Positions 10,542-19,407 of a stretch of DNA of 33,144 nt are shown in pieces. Under the pieces are notes generated by a model. The model was not told the DNA's origin and did no database searches. It saw nothing but the letters and a program-made list of their open reading frames with translations. The stretch is from a virus (lineage: Duplodnaviria > Heunggongvirae > Uroviricota > Caudoviricetes), in the IMG/VR virus record IMGVR_UViG_641736163_000007, positions 1 through 33,144 of that record; one strand, given 5' to 3'. A program made the position numbers and the translations under genes. Each line of letters opens with the position of its first letter. Position 1 is the first letter of the stretch.

Positions 10542-10551
10542 TATTCCTCAC

Positions 10552-11082
10552 TTATCCGGGGTAAACCGTAATTACATCGCCGTCATAAGCCACACCACCG
10601 GCGAACAGGTGGCCGGGAATGTCCTGGGTAATGTTCAGACCAATAAGGTGACGGCTTGCAGGTTTGGCATCAGCAATCAGCCGCTCCATTTCCAGATACA
10701 TTTCCTCTGTGATGCCGCTTTCCAGTACACCAATATCGAGCCGGAAAGTGCCGGGCGGGTCACTGTTTTCCCACCACTCCGTCACGTTGATGAGATAGCC
10801 GAGCGGCTCCACCACACGCCGGATTGCACCTATAGTGCCTTTATGACAGTGGATGAAATAGGCATCGCGGATAACGGCGCGTTTTGTCGCTTCCGGCCAC
10901 TTTTCATCCCACCTGTCGACCGAAAACGCCCACGCCAGCCACGGCAGCAGATTTGCCGGGCAGGTATCCGGGTTCCACAGCTCACGAATACTGACCGGCG
11001 TTTTTTCAATTTCCGCACAGGCTTTTGCAGCGGCGACTTCAAGCGGTGATGAGCCGGTCGGCAGCAGGCGCGAATCACTCAT
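10552..11082 (-). CDS. I: Baseplate/tail protein I
   Basis: 176-aa ORF between J and H; size and order match P2 gpI. Confidence 0.85.
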   Translation of the reverse strand: MSDSRLLPTGSSPLEVAAAKACAEIEKTPVSIRELWNPDTCPANLLPWLAWAFSVDRWDEKWPEATKRAVIRDAYFIHCHKGTIGAIRRVVEPLGYLINVTEWWENSDPPGTFRLDIGVLESGITEEMYLEMERLIADAKPASRHLIGLNITQDIPGHLFAGGVAYDGDVITVYPG

Positions 11083-11983
11083 CCGAGCCTCCGGTCACGA
11101 CGCGGTATTCGGTGCAGAAAGACGCCTGCGTACTGTTGAGCACGATGTCGGCCAGTGGTGCGGCCAGCTCGACACGCTGCACGCCCTCCACATGCAAAGC
11201 GGCATAAATGGCAGACAGTCGGATGTCGCGCCCCAGCCGGTGCTGTGCCGTGATATACGCTTCCAGTTTTTTCACGGCGGCAGCGCGAATGGGTTCGCTT
11301 TCGGGGCCAGGGTAAAGGTAAAGCGTGGCATTTATCTGGTATTCAACGATGGCGGCAGACTGCACGGTCACACGGTCGGCCACCGGTCTGACGTCCTCGC
11401 CATTCAGGGCGTTGCGCACCACCGCCAGCAGGTCTTCAGATGCCACACCGTTATTTTCACGTGACAGCACAGAGATGGTGACACAGGCCGGAGACGGACT
11501 GGTGACAGAGATATCCGCGACACGCCCGTCGGCACTGCGACCATGATACTGATAGGCTCCCACCGACCCGGCGACGCTTAAGCCTTCAAACGCCTGCTGA
11601 ATACGCAGACGATAATCGGTGTCAGACTCCATCACTGCCGGTGTCGGCGGGATAGTCGAATCATCTGCCGGGGTGATAGTCAGGCGCGTGGTGTTGTAAT
11701 TGGCACCAATCACATCAAGGTCATTACCGGCTGCACAGGCCAGCATCACCGCCCGTGCAGCCTCATTCACACGCTGACGCCAGATAAGCTCGCGATACGC
11801 ATTTTCCTCCAGCAGTTTGACGAGAGGCTCGGATTCCAGCGTCAGGGTACGGGCGACCGCCTCCTGCTGGTCTTCCGGGTAAAGGGAAATCAGTGTCGCC
11901 TTGCGTTCGGCAAGAATGGTTTCAAAGTCCAGCTCCTCGACCACATCCGGTGCGGGTAGCTGGTTCAGGTCGATAATCGGCAT
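11075..11983 (-). CDS. J: Baseplate assembly protein J
   Basis: 302-aa ORF between W and I; size and order match P2 gpJ. Confidence 0.85.
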   Translation of the reverse strand: MPIIDLNQLPAPDVVEELDFETILAERKATLISLYPEDQQEAVARTLTLESEPLVKLLEENAYRELIWRQRVNEAARAVMLACAAGNDLDVIGANYNTTRLTITPADDSTIPPTPAVMESDTDYRLRIQQAFEGLSVAGSVGAYQYHGRSADGRVADISVTSPSPACVTISVLSRENNGVASEDLLAVVRNALNGEDVRPVADRVTVQSAAIVEYQINATLYLYPGPESEPIRAAAVKKLEAYITAQHRLGRDIRLSAIYAALHVEGVQRVELAAPLADIVLNSTQASFCTEYRVVTGGSDE

Positions 11984-11987
11984 GGTT

Positions 11988-12335
11988 TCAACTCACAGGG
12001 ATGGTTAACGAAAGTGGCTGGCCAGTGTCGTTGTGCTGGCCGGTTAACGTGACCGTCATTCGCCCGTCAAAACTGCGCTCAGTGGTGACGGATGACAGGG
12101 TGACGCGGGGTTCCCATTTCAGCACCGCCATGTAACAGGCGACCTTAATCTGCAACTCAAGCGCCGGGGTCTGCGGCTGGTCAATCATTGACGCCAGCAA
12201 CGAGCCGTAATCACGACGCATCACCCGTGAGCCGACTGGTGTGCGCAGGATATCGCCGATACTCTGGCTGATATGCTCGAGGTCAGTGACCGTCAGGCCA
12301 TCACTGCGATTCATTCCGAGATAACGCGCTGTCAT
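11988..12335 (-). CDS. W: Baseplate protein W
   Basis: 115-aa ORF between V and J; size and order match P2 gpW. Confidence 0.85.
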   Translation of the reverse strand: MTARYLGMNRSDGLTVTDLEHISQSIGDILRTPVGSRVMRRDYGSLLASMIDQPQTPALELQIKVACYMAVLKWEPRVTLSSVTTERSFDGRMTVTLTGQHNDTGQPLSLTIPVS

Positions 12336-12967
12336 AGAGGACTCCCGGTTGTGCCGCCGCTGTCGCCGGGGTGTTTATGAGTGTGCAGTACCTTACCGTT
12401 TGATGAGAGTTCACCGCCGGTGTGTTCAATGTTGCCGCGCATCGTCCCGCCCTTCTGCACTTCCAGCGTGCCGGTAATCAGCCTGTTGGTGCAGACCACC
12501 TCCGGTGTGTCCAGAGTGACGCGGGTTGATGCTTTCACCATGACCACCGGCACCGTGGCAGTAACAGAATCAGAAGCCGTCACGCTGGCTGTTTTAATTC
12601 CGCTTACCGTGAGTGCGCTGGTTTCAGGTTCATACTCAATCACCGCCCCGTCAGGGAAACGGATATGCAGGGCATCCGCCGACGCAGACGGCGCGGGGTT
12701 ATCGCCGGAATAAATCCCCGGCAGAACGAACGCCGTGTCGAGTTCACCGCCCACGGCCAGAATCAGCACCTGTTCCCCCACGGAAGGTGCCCACCATGTG
12801 CGCGAACGACCGGCGCGATGGGTCAGCCACTGAAGCCAGTCGGTGCACATGCCGCCGGTCTGCACACGGCAGCGACCGGCGTTAAGGTCGGTTTCGACGA
12901 TAATGCCGGTGCGGATCATGTTGCGCAGTGCGCGCGCGAGTTCCTGAATATTTGCGAGAGTGTTCAT
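12332..12967 (-). CDS. V: Baseplate spike protein V
   Basis: 211-aa ORF at the head of the V-W-J-I-H-G block; size matches P2 gpV. Confidence 0.85.
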   Translation of the reverse strand: MNTLANIQELARALRNMIRTGIIVETDLNAGRCRVQTGGMCTDWLQWLTHRAGRSRTWWAPSVGEQVLILAVGGELDTAFVLPGIYSGDNPAPSASADALHIRFPDGAVIEYEPETSALTVSGIKTASVTASDSVTATVPVVMVKASTRVTLDTPEVVCTNRLITGTLEVQKGGTMRGNIEHTGGELSSNGKVLHTHKHPGDSGGTTGSPL

Positions 12968-13033
12968 AACGGGAAGGATGCCGCCGGGTCATACCGGCGG
13001 CAATGTGACGATGAGGTGTCGGGAATGGCACAA

Positions 13034-13486
13034 CTAACGGTCGAGATGAGCCAGGATAATCTCTTCAATCATCTGCACATCCTCACCGGTAAAGCCGAGC
13101 AGAGGACGCGCCGGATAATCAATTTTCTTACCGTCTTTCCGGTTTTCTTCCGACAGACCAAACTGATGCACGCTGGCGATTTTCGGTGACTTCCCGCCGT
13201 AAAATTCCATTGATGCCTGTTCCGGGCTGGCGCGGATATGCAAAAAACGACTGGTGATAAGTTTCGCAAACATTTTTCGCTTAACACGACCGGTCTTTTT
13301 TCTGGCGCTCTGCTGCTGGCGTGGCGCGTAGGGTGTGCCGTCCGGGGCTTTCTGTGCCATCACCCGGCGCTGCTGACTCTGACGCAGACGTTTCGCCAGT
13401 TCGGCGCTCAGTCGCCGACGCCCTGACGGTGACAGCGATTCAATCAGTCCGGTCAGCCGGTCTTCAAAACGCTTAAACTCATTCAT
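13034..13486 (-). CDS. S: Tail completion protein S
   Basis: 150-aa ORF after R; size and order match P2 gpS. Confidence 0.85.
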   Translation of the reverse strand: MNEFKRFEDRLTGLIESLSPSGRRRLSAELAKRLRQSQQRRVMAQKAPDGTPYAPRQQQSARKKTGRVKRKMFAKLITSRFLHIRASPEQASMEFYGGKSPKIASVHQFGLSEENRKDGKKIDYPARPLLGFTGEDVQMIEEIILAHLDR

Positions 13487-13946
13487 CCCACTTGCTCACC
13501 AGTTCGCCATTGATATACAGCTCCATCGGGCGGGTGACCGGCTCCGGCGGCGGGGGTTCCGGGATATTCTTCACATGTAGCGCGCCGTCAACCTCACTGA
13601 CCAGCGTGCGCTCGGTCAGCATCAGGCTGATGCTGATATCAAAGCTGCTGTCATTGTTGATGTCTGCATAAAATGTGAAGCCTTTTTTCAGGCCTTCGTC
13701 GGTGGTCATGATGTCGGGCTGATTTTCCCGCAGCCACGCCAGCACCGGCACGATGAGCAGGTCAAAATCACCGGTAAAGTCGGTCACAATGACATTGAGC
13801 GTGTAACGCTTTTCAAATGACAGCGACGTCGCCAGTGTGGAGGCAATACTCCCGTTATCCACGAATATCCGCAGCATCTCGGGACTGGTTTTCAGCACCG
13901 TGACGGCATCAGTCAGCGCCCTGCGCAGGCTGTCGGGTTTGAGCAT
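13479..13946 (-). CDS. R: Tail completion protein R
   Basis: 155-aa ORF after the lysis cassette; size and order match P2 gpR. Confidence 0.85.
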   Translation of the reverse strand: MLKPDSLRRALTDAVTVLKTSPEMLRIFVDNGSIASTLATSLSFEKRYTLNVIVTDFTGDFDLLIVPVLAWLRENQPDIMTTDEGLKKGFTFYADINNDSSFDISISLMLTERTLVSEVDGALHVKNIPEPPPPEPVTRPMELYINGELVSKWDE

Positions 13947-14199
13947 CGTTTTCGTCCTGACAGTGTTTAATCATTTTTACCTGGCTGGCACAGCGTGCCA
14001 GCGCGTTCTCAAGCTGCCGGATATCGGCACTTAAATCGCCGTTCGTCTCCGGGTCACTGCCCGGCATCGGGCAAAGACTCACTTTCGGGCAGGCGTTGTG
14101 GACAATCACTGGCGTCGGTGCAGGCCGGGCGCTGGTGCAACCGGCGCACAGCATCAGGCAGGTCAGCGCCGTACCAGCGGCGAAAATCTTCGTTTTCAT
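13909..14199 (-). CDS. lysC: o-spanin-like lipoprotein LysC, nested out of frame in lysB
   Basis: Internal ATG at 14199 gives 96 aa starting MKTKIFAAGTALTCLMLCAGC (signal peptide plus lipobox Cys), Pro-rich; embedded in the 3' half of lysB as for Rz/Rz1-type pairs. Confidence 0.7.
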   Translation of the reverse strand: MKTKIFAAGTALTCLMLCAGCTSARPAPTPVIVHNACPKVSLCPMPGSDPETNGDLSADIRQLENALARCASQVKMIKHCQDENDAQTRQPAQGAD

Positions 14200-14479
14200 T
14201 AAGTAACCTCGTGATGGTTTTCTCGCGCTGTGCTTCACGCTTCGCGGCGTTCTCCAGCTCCTGACGCAGTGCAACCTGCGCCAGCTCGTTTTTATCTGCC
14301 CTGGTGATGGCAACATGAAGCTGATTTTTCAGCACGGTGATGGTCGTCTGCTGTTCACTGGCGACGTTGTTCGCCCTGCCCAGCGAAGCGCGCAGTCTGG
14401 CGTTTTCATGCTTCGCCAGAAACAGCCCCGCCACCGCCAGCGATAACAACACAACCAGTACAATCATCAGCTTTGACAT
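14054..14479 (-). CDS. lysB: i-spanin-like protein LysB
   Basis: 141-aa ORF with N-terminal transmembrane helix and charged coiled-coil-like body; position after lysA. Confidence 0.8.
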   Translation of the reverse strand: MSKLMIVLVVLLSLAVAGLFLAKHENARLRASLGRANNVASEQQTTITVLKNQLHVAITRADKNELAQVALRQELENAAKREAQREKTITRLLNENEDFRRWYGADLPDAVRRLHQRPACTDASDCPQRLPESESLPDAGQ

Positions 14480-14892
14480 GGTTCCCGCCCCTCAAAACGC
14501 TGACGACAGGCCGTGCGTATCAACCGGAAGAACACCGACGCCACGAGGTAAATCAGCGCGGTAAAAATCCACCCGGCAGCGACCAGCGAGATAAACGTCG
14601 CCACCATCACCACCAGAGCCGCCGCCCGTCTGCGCCACGGCACCGGCTGCAAAAACAGCGACGCGACAATATTCACGGCCAGCGATTCTGGCGGCAGCTC
14701 CCGCCCGTAGCGTTCCAGCACATACTCAGTGACATACACGCCGACACCACCGGCAACCACACAGATAACCGTCGCCAGAATCGCCCAGGCGGCGACAAAA
14801 TTGACGGCCACGCTCTGCGGGTAAATCAGGGACAGTGCCAGCATCAGCGCCAGCGACACGTTCAGCATCAGTGAAAGGGATAATTTCTTCAT
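14467..14892 (-). CDS. lysA: Lysis accessory membrane protein LysA
   Basis: 141-aa ORF with about four hydrophobic helices, directly after endolysin K. Confidence 0.8.
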   Translation of the reverse strand: MKKLSLSLMLNVSLALMLALSLIYPQSVAVNFVAAWAILATVICVVAGGVGVYVTEYVLERYGRELPPESLAVNIVASLFLQPVPWRRRAAALVVMVATFISLVAAGWIFTALIYLVASVFFRLIRTACRQRFEGREPCQS

Positions 14893-14906
14893 GGTGTTTA
14901 CTCCGT

Positions 14907-15404
14907 TTAAGCCGGTACGCCGCCAGCGGTACGCCAGACGGTGACCAGTTTTTCCAGTGAATGCTCACGCTGACCGTAACCGGCACCCGGCAGGGACGCC
15001 CAGATATTGCGACAGCGTGAAATGGCTCGCTCAATGCGTCCCGCCCGGATGTCATCCAGTGCACCGCGTTCGCGGATCAACTGAATGGCAAGTCTGTCCT
15101 GTGACAACGGACTGAAATCCGGCAGGGCAAGCTGTTTGCGGTAATGCGGCCAGAACAGGTAAAGCTGCTGATAGCGACCTGAGGCCGTGGATTTTTCACC
15201 GCGACGGTTAAACACCTTCGCCGGTCGGCCATGTGCGAACGGGTGGTCACTGTAGTCGGTGAAAATTTCCGGCTTCCCGTCCAGTCCGGTGACTATCACG
15301 TCATAGCCCCGGTTTTTCGTCAGCGGATGGTTTGCCGTCCCTTCGGACACGGCCAGCATGTCGAGAAAGGCGGCGATATTCTGATGCGTGTTAATAACCG
15401 GCAT
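14907..15404 (-). CDS. K: Endolysin
   Basis: 165-aa soluble ORF between holin and lysA; size and order match P2 gpK. Confidence 0.85.
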   Translation of the reverse strand: MPVINTHQNIAAFLDMLAVSEGTANHPLTKNRGYDVIVTGLDGKPEIFTDYSDHPFAHGRPAKVFNRRGEKSTASGRYQQLYLFWPHYRKQLALPDFSPLSQDRLAIQLIRERGALDDIRAGRIERAISRCRNIWASLPGAGYGQREHSLEKLVTVWRTAGGVPA

Positions 15405-15685
15405 TACGGTTTCCCCCTACCCTTAAAGCGGCGCTGAATGGCAATCTCAATCACCTGATAACCGGCGATACCCAGCATGGAGCCGATACCGCACACCGCA
15501 GGCAGTGACAGGTCAGGAAACTGCACCAGAACAACACCGGCAACCATCGAGACAAAACCACCGAGCAACATGCGCCCGATAAACAGACGCGGGGTGATGG
15601 GTTCACCACCGGCAAGCACCTTGCCGACAACAATCAGCACCCCAATCATGAAAAGCGACAGGACGCTTTTTTCTTCTGCTGTCAT
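15404..15685 (-). CDS. Y: Holin
   Basis: 93-aa ORF with hydrophobic helices and charged C-terminus (RRFKGRGKP); start overlaps K stop. Confidence 0.85.
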   Translation of the reverse strand: MTAEEKSVLSLFMIGVLIVVGKVLAGGEPITPRLFIGRMLLGGFVSMVAGVVLVQFPDLSLPAVCGIGSMLGIAGYQVIEIAIQRRFKGRGKP

Positions 15686-15688
15686 GCG

Positions 15689-15892
15689 TTACTCCCACAG
15701 ATTGACAGTTTCAGCCACGGGCGCGGTCTGAACGTCGGGCAGTTCGACGGCGGTGCCGTGTGGCAGCACCGCACCCAGTTCAGCCAGTCCCGGATTTGCG
15801 GCGAGCACGGTCTCAACCACGCCCTCAGTGCGCCCGTAATACCGGACACAGATGGCGTCGAGCGTGTCGCCCTGTAGCGCAAAGGTCTTCAT
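15689..15892 (-). CDS. X: Tail protein X
   Basis: 67-aa ORF from internal ATG (MKTFALQGDTLDAICVRYYG...); the longer 90-aa ORF extension overlaps L and is probably not translated. Confidence 0.75.
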   Translation of the reverse strand: MKTFALQGDTLDAICVRYYGRTEGVVETVLAANPGLAELGAVLPHGTAVELPDVQTAPVAETVNLWE

Positions 15893-16401
15893 CAGATTTG
15901 ACTCACAATGCAGCGCGGCTTGTCCTGGATGCGCGCCACTGCCCAGCGCATATCCCGCCACAGCTCATCAATGGTGCTGTCAATGCTGTCGGCCTTCTTG
16001 TCGCCTTTGGCACTGGCATCCACGCCGCGATAACGCTCATAAAGCGATGCGGTCGCCATCGCACACACGGCGCGCTCGTAGTAAAAAACTTTGATGCTTT
16101 CACCGTCGATATCGTCCGCCGGGACTTCCGCCAGACGCGTAAAACCGGCGGCAATTTTCTGTTCGCGGTACTCGTACAGCTCCGCATTCGTCTCCGCCAT
16201 GCCTGACTTGATGGCCTCACGCAGACGGGCGGGGGCGACGGTCTGCTCAAGGCGCATACGTTCCCGGACGCGCTTCGGGTCGATATCGGGAAAAAAGAAC
16301 GTGTTTTTAATCACCGGCTCGTCGCCTGCCGGTTGCGGGATGACCACCGTACCCTCACCGGACACGGGAGCCTCCTTTCGCGGAATAATCAGCGTCATCA
16401 T
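15892..16401 (-). CDS. L: Head completion protein L
   Basis: 169 aa from the ATGATG start at 16401/16398; the track ORF starts 20 codons upstream; order after terminase small subunit M. Confidence 0.8.
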   Translation of the reverse strand: MMTLIIPRKEAPVSGEGTVVIPQPAGDEPVIKNTFFFPDIDPKRVRERMRLEQTVAPARLREAIKSGMAETNAELYEYREQKIAAGFTRLAEVPADDIDGESIKVFYYERAVCAMATASLYERYRGVDASAKGDKKADSIDSTIDELWRDMRWAVARIQDKPRCIVSQI

Positions 16402-16500
16402 GACTACCTCTGAAAAGTCGGGCGGTGGACGCCGGTGCAGTGTCAGGTGATTCACCCTCACTGACCGGCGTGCCGCCCTGGCGCGGGGCGCATTCGGTTG

Positions 16501-17244
16501 TTAACTGGCTTTCTTTTTCGGGCGTCCACGTTTTGCCGGTGTCACGCTCCGGGTCTTACGCGGGGCGCGGGTGGCCGCTTTGGGCTGCGGCTCCGGCTTC
16601 GGTTTCAGCTCCCGCTCCAGTCGTTCAATCTCTTTTTTGACGCCTGCCTGACAGTCGAGCTGTGTCGCACGTTGCAGGTGAGCCAGCGCACCGGCGGCAT
16701 CACCAGCGTCACGCAGAAACAGACCGGTGATTTTGTGCAGCTTTGCGCGCACTTCATCAGGCATGTCTGCCGTGGCGGTCAGTGCAAGGGTCTCCGTCAG
16801 CAGGCGGGTATCCACAGACTCACCGGCAGCGTGGGCGCGCATGGCCGCGAGCGCCACCTCCTCGGTGAACATATACGGCGGGGTGCGGCGGTGTTTACCC
16901 GGCATGGTCAGACCGTACTTCAGGGCATAACGGGCAATCTCCAGCGCACCGGCAATATCGCCGGTATCCAGACGCCACAGCATGACCGTCATCAGAATGT
17001 CATCCTGTGCACCTTTGCCCTGCTCCAGCACGCCGTTCACCCACGGCAACCAGAACGGCAGCAGTTCGCGTTTTTTCGCGGCCTTCAGCTCTTTTGAATA
17101 AATCGCTTTCAGTGTGCGCTGGTCTGCGGCCAGCTTGACCAGCATCTGCTCATAGACAGTTGCATGTCGCAGCGGGGCGGCGTCCCGCTGCGCGGTCATC
17201 GCTGCCGAGACCCGCATCATGTGGCGCTGTGCGGGACTCGTCAT
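16501..17244 (-). CDS. M: Terminase small (endonuclease) subunit
   Basis: 247-aa ORF with basic C-terminal tail (KRGRPKKKAS); size and order match P2 gpM. Confidence 0.85.
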   Translation of the reverse strand: MTSPAQRHMMRVSAAMTAQRDAAPLRHATVYEQMLVKLAADQRTLKAIYSKELKAAKKRELLPFWLPWVNGVLEQGKGAQDDILMTVMLWRLDTGDIAGALEIARYALKYGLTMPGKHRRTPPYMFTEEVALAAMRAHAAGESVDTRLLTETLALTATADMPDEVRAKLHKITGLFLRDAGDAAGALAHLQRATQLDCQAGVKKEIERLERELKPKPEPQPKAATRAPRKTRSVTPAKRGRPKKKAS

Positions 17245-17247
17245 CGG

Positions 17248-18321
17248 TTACGCTCCCGGCTCTGCGGTCACTTTAGTCGGTGTGGAGAAGTCACCGACCT
17301 TAATTTTTTCCACCAGACAACCGGCGGCGTAGTCTTCCACCACGTAATCAATGTTCATTGACTCGTAGTTCTCCACGCGGTCGAGTTTCGGGTTTTCCAC
17401 AATCACGCGGCGATGGCTGTCATCCATGTAGTAGATGGACAGGTTTTCCAGCTTTGTGATGAGCATCGCATCCGCCGGGAAGTACGGGACGCGTACCGCC
17501 GGCAGGTTACCGATGCGTTTCTGGCTGATGATGACGTCAGCGGCCAGCATCTCGCTGTTGTCCTGCTCCTTGTTGACGATGGGGAAATACTTGTCCGCCA
17601 GTAGCTGACGCCCCACAATCACCACAAGGTCAGGGTCTTCCTGATACCACGGCTCAATCAGGTTGTTGGTCGCATCCATCACCAGTGCATCGAGGCTGGC
17701 ATAATCACCGCCCTTACCCACGCGGATGACCTCAGAGGTCGTGTGACCTTCCTCGTCAGTAACCTTGCTCATCACGCGCGCCGGGGCTTCATTGCGGTAT
17801 TTCTGCAGCCAGCCGACCGCCACATCCTGCAGCATCTGGTTACTGCTGCGGTCAGAGGTTTCGGCACGCCTCACGCCGTTAAAACCGGCCATGATTAAAT
17901 CAAGGGACTGGCGTTTGATAATGGCGTTACGGACACGGAGCTGGAAATCCTGATAACGCGCCCACAGGTCAAGCGTTTTGTAGCGGATATAAAAATCGAA
18001 GTTAATCTGGTCGCATTCGTACTTGTTTGACGCCAGCTTCGAGAAGTCCTTCGGCTGACGCTCGGTGCCACCGGCGGTGTCTGTGGTGCTGGCGATGGAG
18101 CCGGTGACACCAATACCAATTTTTTCCCCTTTCATTTCGCTGACCGGCACAATGTTGATGCGGGTCAGAAAGTCAGAGGACTCCTGCATGGTGTTCATCA
18201 GGGTCTGGGTGACCGACGGTTCAACGGTGAATTTTTTCGACACATCACCGGCGTCGATGCCGTTCAGTTCGGCAACACGGGACAGGTAAGCATTAAATTT
18301 AAAGCGGGTTTCCTGGCGCAT
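17248..18321 (-). CDS. N: Major capsid protein
   Basis: 357-aa ORF between scaffold O and M; size matches P2 gpN. Confidence 0.9.
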   Translation of the reverse strand: MRQETRFKFNAYLSRVAELNGIDAGDVSKKFTVEPSVTQTLMNTMQESSDFLTRINIVPVSEMKGEKIGIGVTGSIASTTDTAGGTERQPKDFSKLASNKYECDQINFDFYIRYKTLDLWARYQDFQLRVRNAIIKRQSLDLIMAGFNGVRRAETSDRSSNQMLQDVAVGWLQKYRNEAPARVMSKVTDEEGHTTSEVIRVGKGGDYASLDALVMDATNNLIEPWYQEDPDLVVIVGRQLLADKYFPIVNKEQDNSEMLAADVIISQKRIGNLPAVRVPYFPADAMLITKLENLSIYYMDDSHRRVIVENPKLDRVENYESMNIDYVVEDYAAGCLVEKIKVGDFSTPTKVTAEPGA

Positions 18322-18379
18322 AGTTTTTCCTGAAATTAAGGGTTAATCGTGAAGGTTTTCCCGGACTGACTGACGCCGG

Positions 18380-19234
18380 TCAGCAGTTCGTCATCAGGGC
18401 GTCACCGCCACCACCGGTGGCCTTGCTGCGGCGCTGCTGGGTCAGACTTTCGGTGTGGTCGAGGCTGTTTTTCAGGCGGGTGAATGCCTGGCTGGTTTCA
18501 TCCGCCCTGTCAGTCACATCCTGCTTAAGTGCGGAAAAGGCGGTTTCCATCTCAGCGAGGCGCTGCTCAGTGGCGCTCAGTTTTTCCTGCACATGTTCAG
18601 CAACAGCGGTCACCGCTTCATGCACGTCATTCAGACGGGCGTCATCGCTGGCCTGTTTGCGGCCAAAAATGGATTTCACCTTTTCGGTCAGGGCGGTGAA
18701 CACGGTTTCAGGCAGGTCTTCAAATTCCAGCTCAACAGGCGTTGCCACTGAAATCAGGTTTTCAGGGCTTAATTTGAAGCGGTTCAGGGGGTTGTGTTTT
18801 GCCGTGCGGCAGAATTCCAGGTATTCCGTGCCGAGGCTTGCCGGGTCATCGGTGACGGCCAGACCCACCAGATAACATTTGCCGGTATTGGCAAAGTTCG
18901 GCTGAATTTCCATTGAGGTATAGACCTTCTGCGCGGCCTTGTTCATCGCGATAAGGTCATCGGTCGGGGTGATTTTCGCAAACAGCGCCCATTTGCCTTT
19001 CAGCGCCGAATCATCGTCAATCTTTTCGGCCTTCAGTTCGGCCACATCGCCATAACGCTTAAAAATACCGTCAGGCAGGATGCCGCGCAGATGTTCCAGG
19101 TTAATGCGGCAACCATAGACACGCGGGTCAAAGGTTTCGGCCATTTCCTGAATATCCTGCGCACTGATGACACGCCCGTCACAGGTGTCACCCTCAACGC
19201 CGATACGAAAGAATTTTGAGACTTTTTTTGCCAT
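18380..19234 (-). CDS. O: Capsid scaffolding protein
   Basis: 284 aa from ATG at 19234 (MAKKVSKFFR...); the track ORF extends 22 codons further upstream; first gene of the O operon, divergent from P. Confidence 0.8.
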   Translation of the reverse strand: MAKKVSKFFRIGVEGDTCDGRVISAQDIQEMAETFDPRVYGCRINLEHLRGILPDGIFKRYGDVAELKAEKIDDDSALKGKWALFAKITPTDDLIAMNKAAQKVYTSMEIQPNFANTGKCYLVGLAVTDDPASLGTEYLEFCRTAKHNPLNRFKLSPENLISVATPVELEFEDLPETVFTALTEKVKSIFGRKQASDDARLNDVHEAVTAVAEHVQEKLSATEQRLAEMETAFSALKQDVTDRADETSQAFTRLKNSLDHTESLTQQRRSKATGGGGDALMTNC

Positions 19235-19407
19235 TGTCAGGAGTCCTGAATAGTGATTAGAGGAGTCACATGTCGGCATCAGTTTCCCGACGATGCGCAT
19301 CCTCCGCCATCAGTCCCGGATGGCTTATCACTGACACAACAGCACCTTAGCGAATCGCAGGGCGCGACTCAGTAGCCTTGCCGTGTATTTATCACGGCGA
19401 GGTATTC

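Noticed and set aside
12990-13011. GCCGCCGG-gtcata-CCGGCGGC hairpin between S and V
   Set aside because: No adjacent T-tract on either strand, so not a canonical intrinsic terminator; may be part of the V late promoter region but I could not find a clear TGT-N12-ACA dyad.
15760-16250. Alternative-frame ORFs (148 aa plus strand, 115 aa minus strand) overlapping L and X
   Set aside because: Overlap the better-supported L/X frames; Arg/Pro-rich; no independent evidence.
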